Positions 27,587 through 36,922 of a DNA stretch of 64,000 nucleotides are shown here, one piece after another. The translations under genes and the position numbers were made by a program. Under the pieces are notes generated by a model. It saw nothing but the letters and a program-made list of their open reading frames with translations, did not search any database and was not told the DNA's origin. The DNA is from an uncultured Phycisphaerales bacterium (GTDB lineage: Bacteria > Planctomycetota > Phycisphaerae > Phycisphaerales > SM1A02): contig CALKEP010000015.1 of the NCBI GenBank assembly GCA_938084645.1, positions 37,094-101,093 of the forward strand. Direction: 5' to 3'. Positions within the stretch are counted from its first letter, which is position 1. The number at the start of each line of letters is the position of its first letter.

Positions 27587-30176
27587 CGTTCACTTCGACA
27601 TCCGAATCGGACTCGAAGGGTTCGAGTTCCTTCGCCGTCCACGGCTGGACGCGCCCCTCGGTGTCCGCCCGTACCCTGGCGACGAATTCCGGAGTCACCG
27701 GTTCCGCGTCGTTGTCCCACGCCTGTCGGATGTAGGTCATCACCGCCGCGAGATCGATGTCGCTCCCATAGGGCGCCGCGGGCATCGCCTGGTTGTAGAT
27801 CCGACCATCGACGCGGATCCGCCCTTGCAATCCATGAAGAAGAATGCGGGCGAGTCGCTCCGGATCACCGGTGACGAACCTGCTGTTCGTCAGCGGGGGG
27901 TAGACGGGTGGCAACCCCTTGCCGCTGGGTTGGTGACAAGTCATGCAGTGGCCGTAGAGCCGTCGCCCCCGTGTCAGCAGTCCGTCCGCCGAGGTGTCGA
28001 TGTCCACCTTCCTCGACGTTCCGGGACGCCCGACCCAGCGAAGCGTCGGGTCGATCGAACGGGCGGCCTCGATGATTCGAGGATCGCAGTCATCCGGGCC
28101 CGCGGTCAGCACGTCGTTCCACCCCGCCGGGCTTCCGAGCAGCATGATCGACTTGGGCTTCCTGGAGTCCGGCCTCGTTCGTTCCGCGACTCGATCGAGC
28201 AGCAGGAGGCTGGTCGCAGGTGCGGACGAACGAACGTCGGAAGCGAAGGTCACCATCCCGGTCACGGCATCCGGACGGCGGGCGGCGAGAACGCTGTCCG
28301 CGAGCTCGCGCAGCACCTGACGTTGTGCGACTCCGGGACGCCCGAGCCAGTGGTCGTTTCGGGGATCACCCGGCCCGAGGAGCATGTCCAACTCCCGGCC
28401 CGCGAGTCCGCTCATCACGGCCTTGCGAATCGCGGGATCCTCGGCGTTTCGCTCGAGCACCGCGTCGAACATTGGAATCGCCTGGTCCGCCGGAAGTTCA
28501 CCGATGGAAAGCGCCGCCTGCATGCGGACGCGCGGATGATCATCGAATGCAAGCTGGGTGAGCGGGCCCGCGGCGGTCGCCGGCGGCACCGATTCCATGA
28601 TTCTGGCGGCATGTTCTCGGATGACCGGATCACCATCCCCGACGAGACCGCCGATCAACGCGGAATCGACCGCCCCGATTCCATCGAGCGTCCACACCGC
28701 GTGCAGCCGGCTCGCGACCGGTCGATCGACGTCGAGTGCGATGCCCCGGAGGATCGACGCCACCCCGGTCGCCCGACGCTCGACCAGAAGCCGTTGCGCC
28801 GTGTCGCGACGGAATCCGTTGGGATCGGTGTCGAGGACGTCGACGAGCTCGCGATCGGACATCGATGCGATCGACACGACGTCGATCTTCCGTGGCGCAT
28901 CCTCGTCGACCACCCTCCAGATCCGGCCCATGCCGATCGGGCTCGCCAGACCTCTGGCCTCGACCTGCTTGCGAAGCCATGACGTCATGTAGATCCGATG
29001 CTGCACCACGCCACGGGCGAAGTCGACCACGTAGAGACCGCCATCCGGCCCCGTGAGCAGGTTGACCGGCCGGAATCGTTCGTCGGTCGATGCGAGAAAC
29101 TCCTCCTTCTCGTAGACCGGTGACGCCACCGGCAGGCCGTCCTGATCGGTGATGTCGTATCGCTTGACGAGGTTGCCCGCCGTCTCGCACACGAAGGCGT
29201 CGCCGTACGCACCGTCGATCATGGTTCCCCGGAAGACCTCCGGTCCGCAGGCCGCGGTGAAGGAACGAAGGGTTCCATCCTTGCGCAGGGTCTGGTTCTG
29301 GTATCCACGATTCACACCCGGATTGATGCGCACCGGCCAGGTCGATCGATCCGACGCCACCCGACGCGGCACGCCGGGGAGGCCGCTCGAACCGGGATTG
29401 CGCGATGCGTAGTGCTTCGGGATCGCATCGCCGATCAGCGGATCCGAGTTCGGAGAGTAGTAGAGACGACCGAGATCATCGCGCGCGACACCCCACTGGC
29501 CGTGCCGCGGAACCTCCCTGGTCTCGATCTCGAGTTCACCGTCGGCGCGCTCCCGAAGTCGGAACGACTGATGATGCTGCGAGGTCTCGTAGAAGTTGTC
29601 GATTCCGTATCGAAGACCGTTGCCGGCGTGCTCGGGATTCTCGATGCCCGCGAAGCCCGAGACCAGGACCTGCGTGTCGTCGGCGCGGCCGTCACCATCG
29701 AGATCGCGGCAGTAGACGAGGTTGGGGGGTTCGATCACCAGCAGACCGTCGAAGGCGGGGGCGATTCCACGGGGAAGCACGAGGTGATCGAGAAAGACAT
29801 CGGAATCATCCATCACGCCGTCACCGTCGCGATCACGAAGTCTCACCACGCGACCGACCGGTTCCTCCTCGCCGTCGCCATCCGCATTCGGCATGTAGCC
29901 ACGCATCTCGACCACCCACATGTCGCCGTTCCCGTCGAACGCGATCTGCACCGGATCGCCGATCAGAGGTTCGCTCGCGATCAGATCGATCCGGTGTCCC
30001 GGTTGAAGCCGGAACGCCTCCGCCGCCGCTTCCGGCGTGAGTGGTGGTGAGGGTGGAAGGACCCACGCCTCCGGAAGATCACGCTGGATCTCTCCGGACC
30101 GGTCGCCGTTCTGCGCGGTGGCGGTGGCGATCGGAATGGAGATCGCGGCCAGTCGGATCAGGGAGGTTCGAAGCAT
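27570..30176 (-). CDS. PVC-type membrane-bound dehydrogenase / HEAT / cytochrome c protein
   Basis: LIASEP..DP..IAFD, DGDGRAD repeats, FRPVN..GPDGGLY, HEAT-like repeats, C-terminal CMTCH...AMP. Confidence 0.88.
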   Translation of the reverse strand: MLRTSLIRLAAISIPIATATAQNGDRSGEIQRDLPEAWVLPPSPPLTPEAAAEAFRLQPGHRIDLIASEPLIGDPVQIAFDGNGDMWVVEMRGYMPNADGDGEEEPVGRVVRLRDRDGDGVMDDSDVFLDHLVLPRGIAPAFDGLLVIEPPNLVYCRDLDGDGRADDTQVLVSGFAGIENPEHAGNGLRYGIDNFYETSQHHQSFRLRERADGELEIETREVPRHGQWGVARDDLGRLYYSPNSDPLIGDAIPKHYASRNPGSSGLPGVPRRVASDRSTWPVRINPGVNRGYQNQTLRKDGTLRSFTAACGPEVFRGTMIDGAYGDAFVCETAGNLVKRYDITDQDGLPVASPVYEKEEFLASTDERFRPVNLLTGPDGGLYVVDFARGVVQHRIYMTSWLRKQVEARGLASPIGMGRIWRVVDEDAPRKIDVVSIASMSDRELVDVLDTDPNGFRRDTAQRLLVERRATGVASILRGIALDVDRPVASRLHAVWTLDGIGAVDSALIGGLVGDGDPVIREHAARIMESVPPATAAGPLTQLAFDDHPRVRMQAALSIGELPADQAIPMFDAVLERNAEDPAIRKAVMSGLAGRELDMLLGPGDPRNDHWLGRPGVAQRQVLRELADSVLAARRPDAVTGMVTFASDVRSSAPATSLLLLDRVAERTRPDSRKPKSIMLLGSPAGWNDVLTAGPDDCDPRIIEAARSIDPTLRWVGRPGTSRKVDIDTSADGLLTRGRRLYGHCMTCHQPSGKGLPPVYPPLTNSRFVTGDPERLARILLHGLQGRIRVDGRIYNQAMPAAPYGSDIDLAAVMTYIRQAWDNDAEPVTPEFVARVRADTEGRVQPWTAKELEPFESDSDVEVNVSDAR

Positions 30177-30263
30177 GTACAGAGTGTAGGAGTCGCGGAG
30201 GCGTTCATGAAACGAAACCTCGATCGATGACGTCCATCCCACCGGGAAGGGTATGCTCGCCGC

Positions 30264-31478
30264 ATGCGATCCAACCCCTTCGCCACCGGATGTCGTCTCC
30301 TTGGAATCCTGATGGTCTCGGCCACCGCCTCCGCCCAGGATGTCGATACCGAGATTCCGCCGCCCTGGTGGAGTGGTGTCGACATGAAGCCGCTGGTCCC
30401 GGCGCCGTCGGGAGATGTCCCGGAAGGTTGGTCCGTCGTCGGGGGGCCTGCCCGGTTCGAATTCTCGGAGGGTGCCGATGGTGATCTCGAGATCCAGGGA
30501 TCGGGCAGCGCGCCGCGGAACGCATTCCTGGTGAGTGATCGGAGTTACGGGGACTTCCTCGTCGAATTCGACGTCATGATCGCCCGGAACGGAGGGAACT
30601 CGGGGTTCCAGATCCGAAGTGCGGTGGATGGCGGCCGGATGGTCGGTTACCAGATCGAGATCGATCCTTCCGAGCGCGCGTGGTCGACGGGCCTGTACGA
30701 CGAAGGTCGTCGAGGGTGGCTCGCGACGCTCGAGGACAACGCCACCGCCCGCGACGCGTTCGTGCCCGGCAAGTGGAACACCGTCCGTATTCTTGCGATC
30801 GGCCCGAGAATCCGGACGTGGATCAACGATGTTCCAGCCATCGACCATCTGGACTTCGTCGATCGAGACGGACGATTCGGATTCCAGGTCCACTCGGGAC
30901 GGTGCGATGTCCGCTGGCGGAGGATCCGAATCGCGGACCTGGGGACTCGCCGGACCGAATCGATCATCAGAGACGGCTCGCTGGGTGGCTTCGATCTCGA
31001 ATCGACGCCTGGTGTGCGCCTGGATGCGACCGGAATCCACTTCGAGGCGGCCACGGGTGGCGACATCACCACGAGACTGCCGCTTCCTGACCTTCCACTG
31101 GTGCTTGAAGTCGAAGCGAGGATGACGAAGGGGTTGATGTTGATCCAGTTGGGCGACATGAGGCGCGGGCCCGGATACGGCATCAGGGTCCCCGGGCCGA
31201 TCGGGAAGGATGGTTCGTCGGGATGCATCCGGATTCTTCGAAACCTCGATCGGATCCAGGTGTTCGTGGACGATGTCCCGCTGGTGCCGGGTCCGCCGGA
31301 TCTGAATGGGCCGTTGTCACTTCGAATCGCGACCGTGGTCGGAACCACCGCCACCATCAATCGGGTGGATCTCGACGTTCCGTCATCGTCGGAGATCAAG
31401 GCGATCGAAACCGCCCGGTCGAAGACCGTCGTGAGTTCCGATCAGGACTCCACCGGAGACGGTGGGGATTCGAAGTGA
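30264..31478 (+). CDS. DUF1080 (3-keto-disaccharide hydrolase-like) domain protein
   Basis: Signal peptide; YGDF, GNSGFQIRS, GYQIEID, GLYDEGRRGWL, WN, FQVH. Confidence 0.88.
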   Translation: MRSNPFATGCRLLGILMVSATASAQDVDTEIPPPWWSGVDMKPLVPAPSGDVPEGWSVVGGPARFEFSEGADGDLEIQGSGSAPRNAFLVSDRSYGDFLVEFDVMIARNGGNSGFQIRSAVDGGRMVGYQIEIDPSERAWSTGLYDEGRRGWLATLEDNATARDAFVPGKWNTVRILAIGPRIRTWINDVPAIDHLDFVDRDGRFGFQVHSGRCDVRWRRIRIADLGTRRTESIIRDGSLGGFDLESTPGVRLDATGIHFEAATGGDITTRLPLPDLPLVLEVEARMTKGLMLIQLGDMRRGPGYGIRVPGPIGKDGSSGCIRILRNLDRIQVFVDDVPLVPGPPDLNGPLSLRIATVVGTTATINRVDLDVPSSSEIKAIETARSKTVVSSDQDSTGDGGDSK

Positions 31479-31479
31479 T

Positions 31480-32412
31480 TCAGCCTGCGATCCGGCGCCA
31501 CTCGGACTGATCCGCACCGACGACCCGGTCACGGCCCGTCTCCTTCGCCCGATAGAGCGCTCGATCCGCCGCGGCGATCAGCTTCTCGGGCGTGGGATCC
31601 CCCTCGATGCACCCGAGATCCGCCACGCCGAACGACGCGGATATCCGGATTCCCGGGCGATCCGGCCAGTCGATCTCGCTGATCCTGACCCGATGACGCT
31701 CCGCGACCTCCATCGTCTCCGCGAGATCGGTTCCCGGCGCGATCAGGGCGAACTCCTCGCCGCCGTATCGACATGCGACATCCGGTGACCGACCACTCGC
31801 AAGCACGGTGGCGGCTCGCTCGAGCACCTCGTCTCCGAATGGATGTCCGTGGGCGTCGTTCAGGCTCTTGAATCGATCGAGATCGCAGAGGACCAGGGAG
31901 AGTGGTTTGTCGTAACGCACCGACGTTTCGACTTCCGCCGCAAGCCGGTCGTCGAGATAGGCGCGATTCCAGAGACCGGTGAGTCCATCGAGCTGCGCCC
32001 GTTGCGCGAGCATCCTGACCAACCGCTGCATCCGCAGCGCCGATCGAACCCGAGCCTTGAGTTCGCCGACGTCGAACGGCTTGCCGACGAAATCGACCGC
32101 GCCGAGATCGAGTCCTCGAACCCGGTCCATCGTCTCGTTGCTCGCGGAGACGAAGATCACCGCGATGTCGCGGGTCAGCGGGTCGGCCTTGAGTCGGGCC
32201 AGCACCTCGAATCCATCGAGATCCTCGAGGTCGATGTCCAGCAGGATCACTTCGGGTTGGAGATTTCGAGCGACCCGGATCCCGTCCGTCGCGTTGTGGA
32301 CGGAATGGAGATCGATCCGCTCGTGACGAAGTCTCGCCCGAAGAAGGCGATGTACGAGATCCGAATCGTCGATCGCGAGCACCCGCGGTCGTTTCGGTTC
32401 ATCGTGCGTCAT
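31480..32412 (-). CDS. Response regulator diguanylate cyclase (REC-GGDEF)
   Basis: IDDS, LLD, KPF in REC; DGLTGLWNR, DLDRFK..ND..GH..GD, RSPD I-site, RYGGEEF. Confidence 0.95.
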   Translation of the reverse strand: MTHDEPKRPRVLAIDDSDLVHRLLRARLRHERIDLHSVHNATDGIRVARNLQPEVILLDIDLEDLDGFEVLARLKADPLTRDIAVIFVSASNETMDRVRGLDLGAVDFVGKPFDVGELKARVRSALRMQRLVRMLAQRAQLDGLTGLWNRAYLDDRLAAEVETSVRYDKPLSLVLCDLDRFKSLNDAHGHPFGDEVLERAATVLASGRSPDVACRYGGEEFALIAPGTDLAETMEVAERHRVRISEIDWPDRPGIRISASFGVADLGCIEGDPTPEKLIAAADRALYRAKETGRDRVVGADQSEWRRIAG

Positions 32413-32433
32413 ACCGGCTCCGGCGGGTTGCGT

Positions 32434-32775
32434 TCAAGAATCGGTCGGGCGCACCGCGGCCCGGCAGGTGGTGATGAGGTCTTCGACCCGTTCCGAGATT
32501 CCCGAGATGTCCATCTCGTCGGCGAGCATGTCGTCCTCGAGCCGTGCGGCGGAGTGGCCGATCGGATCGAATCCGTATCCGCCCGCCGCACCCTTGAGTT
32601 GGTGGGAGATCCGACGAAGCGTGGCGAAGTCCTCGGAAAGGCATGCGGATCGGATCGATTGGACGTGGTGATCGAGTTCGTCGACGAACTGCATCACGAG
32701 GTCCCGAAGATCGGGATCGTTCTCGTAGATGCTGTGAAGCGGCGGACTTCCAATCGATCTCGGGGTCTCTTCCAT
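32434..32775 (-). CDS. Stand-alone Hpt phosphotransfer protein
   Basis: SHQLKGAAGGYG motif in a helical 113-aa ORF. Confidence 0.88.
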   Translation of the reverse strand: MEETPRSIGSPPLHSIYENDPDLRDLVMQFVDELDHHVQSIRSACLSEDFATLRRISHQLKGAAGGYGFDPIGHSAARLEDDMLADEMDISGISERVEDLITTCRAAVRPTDS

Positions 32776-32971
32776 ATCGGGTTGATCGGCTCGTCCGGGC
32801 GGTCGCTTGGGTTCGATCGGACTCGATCCGGGTATCGGGCGGTCACCTCCCGACTCGTCCACACAGATCGGATGATTCGCACCATCGAATCGCTCGAACG
32901 ACCGGGAACCAGTAGGATTCCGAACCACCCTGTCCGACCCCCGGCTTCCGCCGAGTGTCCGGAGTTTCAAG

Positions 32972-33895
32972 ATGATCCCCAAGCAGCCGCCCCGAGACGG
33001 GCAGTCCGGATTTCTCTATCTGCCCCCGTACCGGATCCATGGGATCAGCGTGGCGGGCGAGCACACCACCATCACCGTCCCCGAACTTGGTGTGACCTTC
33101 GACATGGGTCAGTGCACCAGGGCTTCGCTCAGCAGCGACCTGATCGCTCTCAGCCATTCGCACATGGACCATGTCGGCGCGATTCCGTACTGGTTCAGCC
33201 AGCGTTTCTTCCAGAAACTCGAGGGGGGCAGGGTGCTCTGTCACCCCGATGGGGTCGAACCGTTGCAGCGGATGCTGGCCTCATGGGTGGACGTCGAACG
33301 ACAGAAGACGCCACACGAGATCGTCGCGATCGAACCTGATTCGGATGTTCCGATCCGACAGAACATCGGGCTTCGCGCCATCGAGACCCATCACACCTGC
33401 CCGAGCCTCGGCTTCTCGATCATCGAGACACGTCACAAGCTGAAGGCCGAGTACCGCGACCTTCCCCAGAGCGAGCTTCGAAGATTGAAGGCGGATGGCG
33501 ACGAGCTCACCACGAACACCGAGATCCCGCTGATCGCCTACACCGGCGACACCGATCGTGGTGAATTCCTTGAACGCGATGAATTCGCGAAGGCGAAGAT
33601 CGTCGTGGCGGAATGCACGTTCATCGATGCCGATCACCGAAGCAGGGCGCGGATCGGGCGACACCTTCATCTCGAGGACATCGCGGAACTGCTTTCCATC
33701 TGGGAGGCGGAGCACGTCGTGCTCGTGCATCTCTCACGAAGAACGTTGCTCTCGGAGGCGCGTGACCGAATCGCGACGCTCGGCGCCGACGCCGATCGCA
33801 TCCACCTTCTGATGGATCACCGGACCAATCGTCGTCGCTATGAGTCACAGCTTGAAGCCGTGGCGGTACCGGATTCCGAACCGGAATCAAGTTGA
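32972..33895 (+). CDS. MBL-fold metallohydrolase, tRNase Z-like
   Basis: GISVAG, FDMG, HSHMDH, KLK arm, YTGDT, ECTF, HLH, HLSRR. Confidence 0.8.
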   Translation: MIPKQPPRDGQSGFLYLPPYRIHGISVAGEHTTITVPELGVTFDMGQCTRASLSSDLIALSHSHMDHVGAIPYWFSQRFFQKLEGGRVLCHPDGVEPLQRMLASWVDVERQKTPHEIVAIEPDSDVPIRQNIGLRAIETHHTCPSLGFSIIETRHKLKAEYRDLPQSELRRLKADGDELTTNTEIPLIAYTGDTDRGEFLERDEFAKAKIVVAECTFIDADHRSRARIGRHLHLEDIAELLSIWEAEHVVLVHLSRRTLLSEARDRIATLGADADRIHLLMDHRTNRRRYESQLEAVAVPDSEPESS

Positions 33896-33938
33896 ATGTC
33901 AAGTGGTTCGACGACATGAGGCGACTTTGAGAGAACGG

Positions 33939-33967
33939 TTGACGAAGGATTGATTCGCTTCTACATT
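33939..33967 (+). promoter_or_regulatory. Sigma70-like dnaA promoter
   Basis: TTGACG-N17-TACATT in the intergenic region upstream of dnaA. Confidence 0.68.
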
Positions 33968-34086
33968 CTGTTGTTCGGCCCGGTGGAATTGAGGGTCGGA
34001 GAGAGTTGTTCCGTACTTGGATGAAGTCGATCTCACCCGGGGCGAGGTCGATTCACGAGCGAAGACGCCGCGTGGAGGCTGTCGAC

Positions 34087-35469
34087 ATGTCGAGACCAGA
34101 TCCGGAACTCCGCAGCGCATTGATCTCGAATCTGAGATCGAATCACCCAGGGATGTGTCGAGCATGGTTCGACGACATCGAACCCGTCGATTTCGAGGGG
34201 GGTGTGCTTCGTCTCTGTGTGCGCGAACCCGTGCAGCTCCGTTATCTCCAGCGAGCCTGCGCCGAAGCGTTCCAGGAGGCTGCTCAGGCGGTCACGGGAA
34301 TGCTCGTCTCAGTGCGGTTCGTTTCGCCTGAAGAGTGTGAACAGCCGACGACGACCACAACGGGTAGTGGTTCATCCCGAAGAAGTGGTGGTCCGGATGG
34401 CGAGGGCATCGACCTCGCCGCCGAGCAGATGGTGCTCAGTCCTGACTACGTGTTCGACAACTTCATCGTCGGACCGGGAAACCGACTGGCCCTGATGGCC
34501 GCGTCCGCCGTTTCCGAAAAGCCGGGTCGCGCGTACAACCCGTACTTCATCCATGGCGGCGTCGGACTCGGGAAGACACACCTCCTCCAGGCCATCTGCC
34601 AGCTCATCCTGAGCGACCAGCCGGACGCGAACATCTGCTACATCTCCTGCTCGACCTTCATGGATCTGTTCCATGAGTGCGTCAAAGCCGGTCGGATGCA
34701 GGACTTCCGTCATCACTTCCGGACCGCGGACGTCCTCGTGATCGACGACATCCACTTCCTGTCGAAGCATGATCGAAGCCAGGAGGAGTTCTTCCACACC
34801 TTCAACGCCCTTTACCAGTCGGGGCGGCAGATCGTTCTGAGCTCCGACGCCGCGCCGGCCGAGATCCCCGATCTCGAGGAACGCCTCACGAGCAGGTTCA
34901 ATTGTGGTCTCGTCGCGAGAATCGAGCGTCCCTGCTACGAAACGAGGGTCGCCATCCTCAAGGCGAAGGCCTCCTTGCACGACCTGGAGCTTCCAGATGA
35001 CGTTCCGGCCTACATCGCCGCCCGTCTGGACACGAATATTCGCGAACTCGAGGGTGCGCTCTCGAGAATCCGGGGGTACGCCCTCGCCGAGAACGAGCCG
35101 ATCACGCTCGAACTCGCCAAGAAAGCCCTTGCGGACGACCCCGCCCGGTCTGGTGGCGAAGAGGGGGCCGCACCCTCGATTCAGACCATCATCGAGTCCG
35201 TCACCCGCTATTACGACGTCAAACTGACTGATCTCCTGAGCAAGCGGCGGCACAAGTCGATCACCGTTCCGCGGCAGATCTGCATGTGGCTGGCACGGCG
35301 TCACACCCGATTCAGCCTCGAGGAGATCGGTGGTTACTTCGGCGGACGGGATCACACCACCGTGATGCATGCGATCCGAGCGGTGAATCGGCGGCGGGAT
35401 GAAGACTCCTCCTTCTCCGACGCCCTCGACCGACTGGAAACCAACGTCCTTGGTCGCCAGGACGCCTGA
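34087..35469 (+). CDS. dnaA: Chromosomal replication initiator DnaA
   Basis: YNPYFIHGGVGLGKTHLL Walker A, IDDIHF, QEEFFHTFN, NIRELEGAL, FGGRDHTTVMHA. Confidence 0.98.
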   Translation: MSRPDPELRSALISNLRSNHPGMCRAWFDDIEPVDFEGGVLRLCVREPVQLRYLQRACAEAFQEAAQAVTGMLVSVRFVSPEECEQPTTTTTGSGSSRRSGGPDGEGIDLAAEQMVLSPDYVFDNFIVGPGNRLALMAASAVSEKPGRAYNPYFIHGGVGLGKTHLLQAICQLILSDQPDANICYISCSTFMDLFHECVKAGRMQDFRHHFRTADVLVIDDIHFLSKHDRSQEEFFHTFNALYQSGRQIVLSSDAAPAEIPDLEERLTSRFNCGLVARIERPCYETRVAILKAKASLHDLELPDDVPAYIAARLDTNIRELEGALSRIRGYALAENEPITLELAKKALADDPARSGGEEGAAPSIQTIIESVTRYYDVKLTDLLSKRRHKSITVPRQICMWLARRHTRFSLEEIGGYFGGRDHTTVMHAIRAVNRRRDEDSSFSDALDRLETNVLGRQDA

Positions 35470-35920
35470 TCCCAGAGTGACCACGACCCTTTGATCACCC
35501 TTGATCACCACAAATGCACCCCACCCGGCCCGGCCAGCCGGGTTCTTCTTGCGCTTTCGTCGCCCGAGCCATCCACAATCGTTGTGGATGAATCCGTCGC
35601 CTGGCGCCGGTTCGCTGACCGCCCCACAGTGTGTTGTGAACCTGTGGGCAAGCGAGCTCATCCTGATCATGCCCAGGGGATCGCCACCCGGGCAGTCACC
35701 AAAGTTGAACGACACCGATTCGACAACGTGCCAACACGCCCACCTGGACTACAAGCCACGACTCAATATCGGCTTATGATCACCGAAGGTGGTTTCTCCA
35801 CCAACCGGCGCGACTTCTTCTAAGAGGGAAGATGAAAGACTCTTTCTTCCCTCGAAGAACCCTTTCGGACACCACCAATGTGTTGTGTGTTGCTTGTGGA
35901 TCAATTGGGATGATCCCTGA
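35470..35920. other. Probable replication origin (oriC) region
   Basis: About 450-bp non-coding, lower-GC gap after dnaA with DnaA-box-like 9-mers: CCATCCACA 35569, TCATCCACA (rc) 35583, TTGCCCACA (rc) 35643, TTCTCCACC 35794, TGATCCACA (rc) 35895. Confidence 0.65.
35523..35550 (+). terminator. Possible intrinsic terminator after dnaA
   Basis: ACCCGGC-N7-GCCGGGT followed by TCTTCTT. Confidence 0.5.
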
Positions 35921-36775
35921 TCAGGCCTGGCAGGAATCACACCAGGTGGTCGTTCGGCCCGCCACGATGGACGAGACCATGGGCACTCGGCAGCGGGTGC
36001 AGGGTTGCCCCGATCGGCCGTACGCGAGATGACCATCGCTGAAGGTCCCGGACGATCCGTCGGGCAGTCGATGGTCCCGGAGGGTCGTGCCGCCGGCGTC
36101 GATGGCCCGGCCAAGTGTCGTGCGGATGCACCGGGCTAGCCGAGCGAGATCCTGGTCGCTGAGGTCACAGGCGGGCCGATCCGGCCGGATGCCCGATCGA
36201 AACAGGGATTCGTCGGCGTAGATGTTCCCGATCCCCGCCAGGACCTGTTGATCGAGAAGAGCGGCCTTGATCGCCCTCTCACTCGCCTTCAGCCGGCCAC
36301 CAAGGGCTTTCCCATCGATCAGGGTGGCTTCGGGTCCAAGTCTGCTCAAGACCCGCTGATCGCGATCCTCGGGGCTCTCGAACAGATGGACTCCTCCGAA
36401 TCGTCGAGGGTCGATGAACTCCATCCGAAGACGCGGACGGCCCGATCCGCCGGCGATCGTCCAGGCGACATGTCGATGTGGTGGAACGGTTCGCCGCGCT
36501 CCAGCGTCACCGATTTCGATGCGGCCCGACATGCCGAGACGAACGATCAGGCCGTGGTCGCCGTCGAACTCGATGATCAACTGTTTTCCACGGCGCCCGA
36601 TCCGTCGAATTCTCCGATCGACACCGAGTTGTTCGCTGGAGATCCGTCCCCGGCGGCGCCCATTCGTGTCGCGAACCACGTCTCGTCGGTGAACACGGAC
36701 CCGCTCGACCGTTCGGTCGAGGATCGACATCGCCAGTTGGCGACGGACGGCTTCTACTTCCGGGAGTTCAGGCAT
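35921..36775 (-). CDS. mutM: Formamidopyrimidine-DNA glycosylase
   Basis: MPELPEVE, RRGK, LGMSG, DPRRFG, GIGNIYADE, C4 zinc finger. Confidence 0.97.
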   Translation of the reverse strand: MPELPEVEAVRRQLAMSILDRTVERVRVHRRDVVRDTNGRRRGRISSEQLGVDRRIRRIGRRGKQLIIEFDGDHGLIVRLGMSGRIEIGDAGARRTVPPHRHVAWTIAGGSGRPRLRMEFIDPRRFGGVHLFESPEDRDQRVLSRLGPEATLIDGKALGGRLKASERAIKAALLDQQVLAGIGNIYADESLFRSGIRPDRPACDLSDQDLARLARCIRTTLGRAIDAGGTTLRDHRLPDGSSGTFSDGHLAYGRSGQPCTRCRVPMVSSIVAGRTTTWCDSCQA

Positions 36776-36922
36776 CGTGCATCCGCCATGGCGGACCGGC
36801 TGGAGCCGGTGGGGGGCCGACTATACTCGGGTGGGCGCAGGATCCACCCTCCAGATGCGGGGGACCGAGTCCCCCGTTCGACGCCACGTTCGATTCGAGA
36901 CGACCCCCTCCTCGGAACCACG

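Noticed and set aside
35468..35922. GATC clustering as Dam/SeqA control of the origin
   Set aside because: GATC is abundant throughout the window, so local enrichment is not evident
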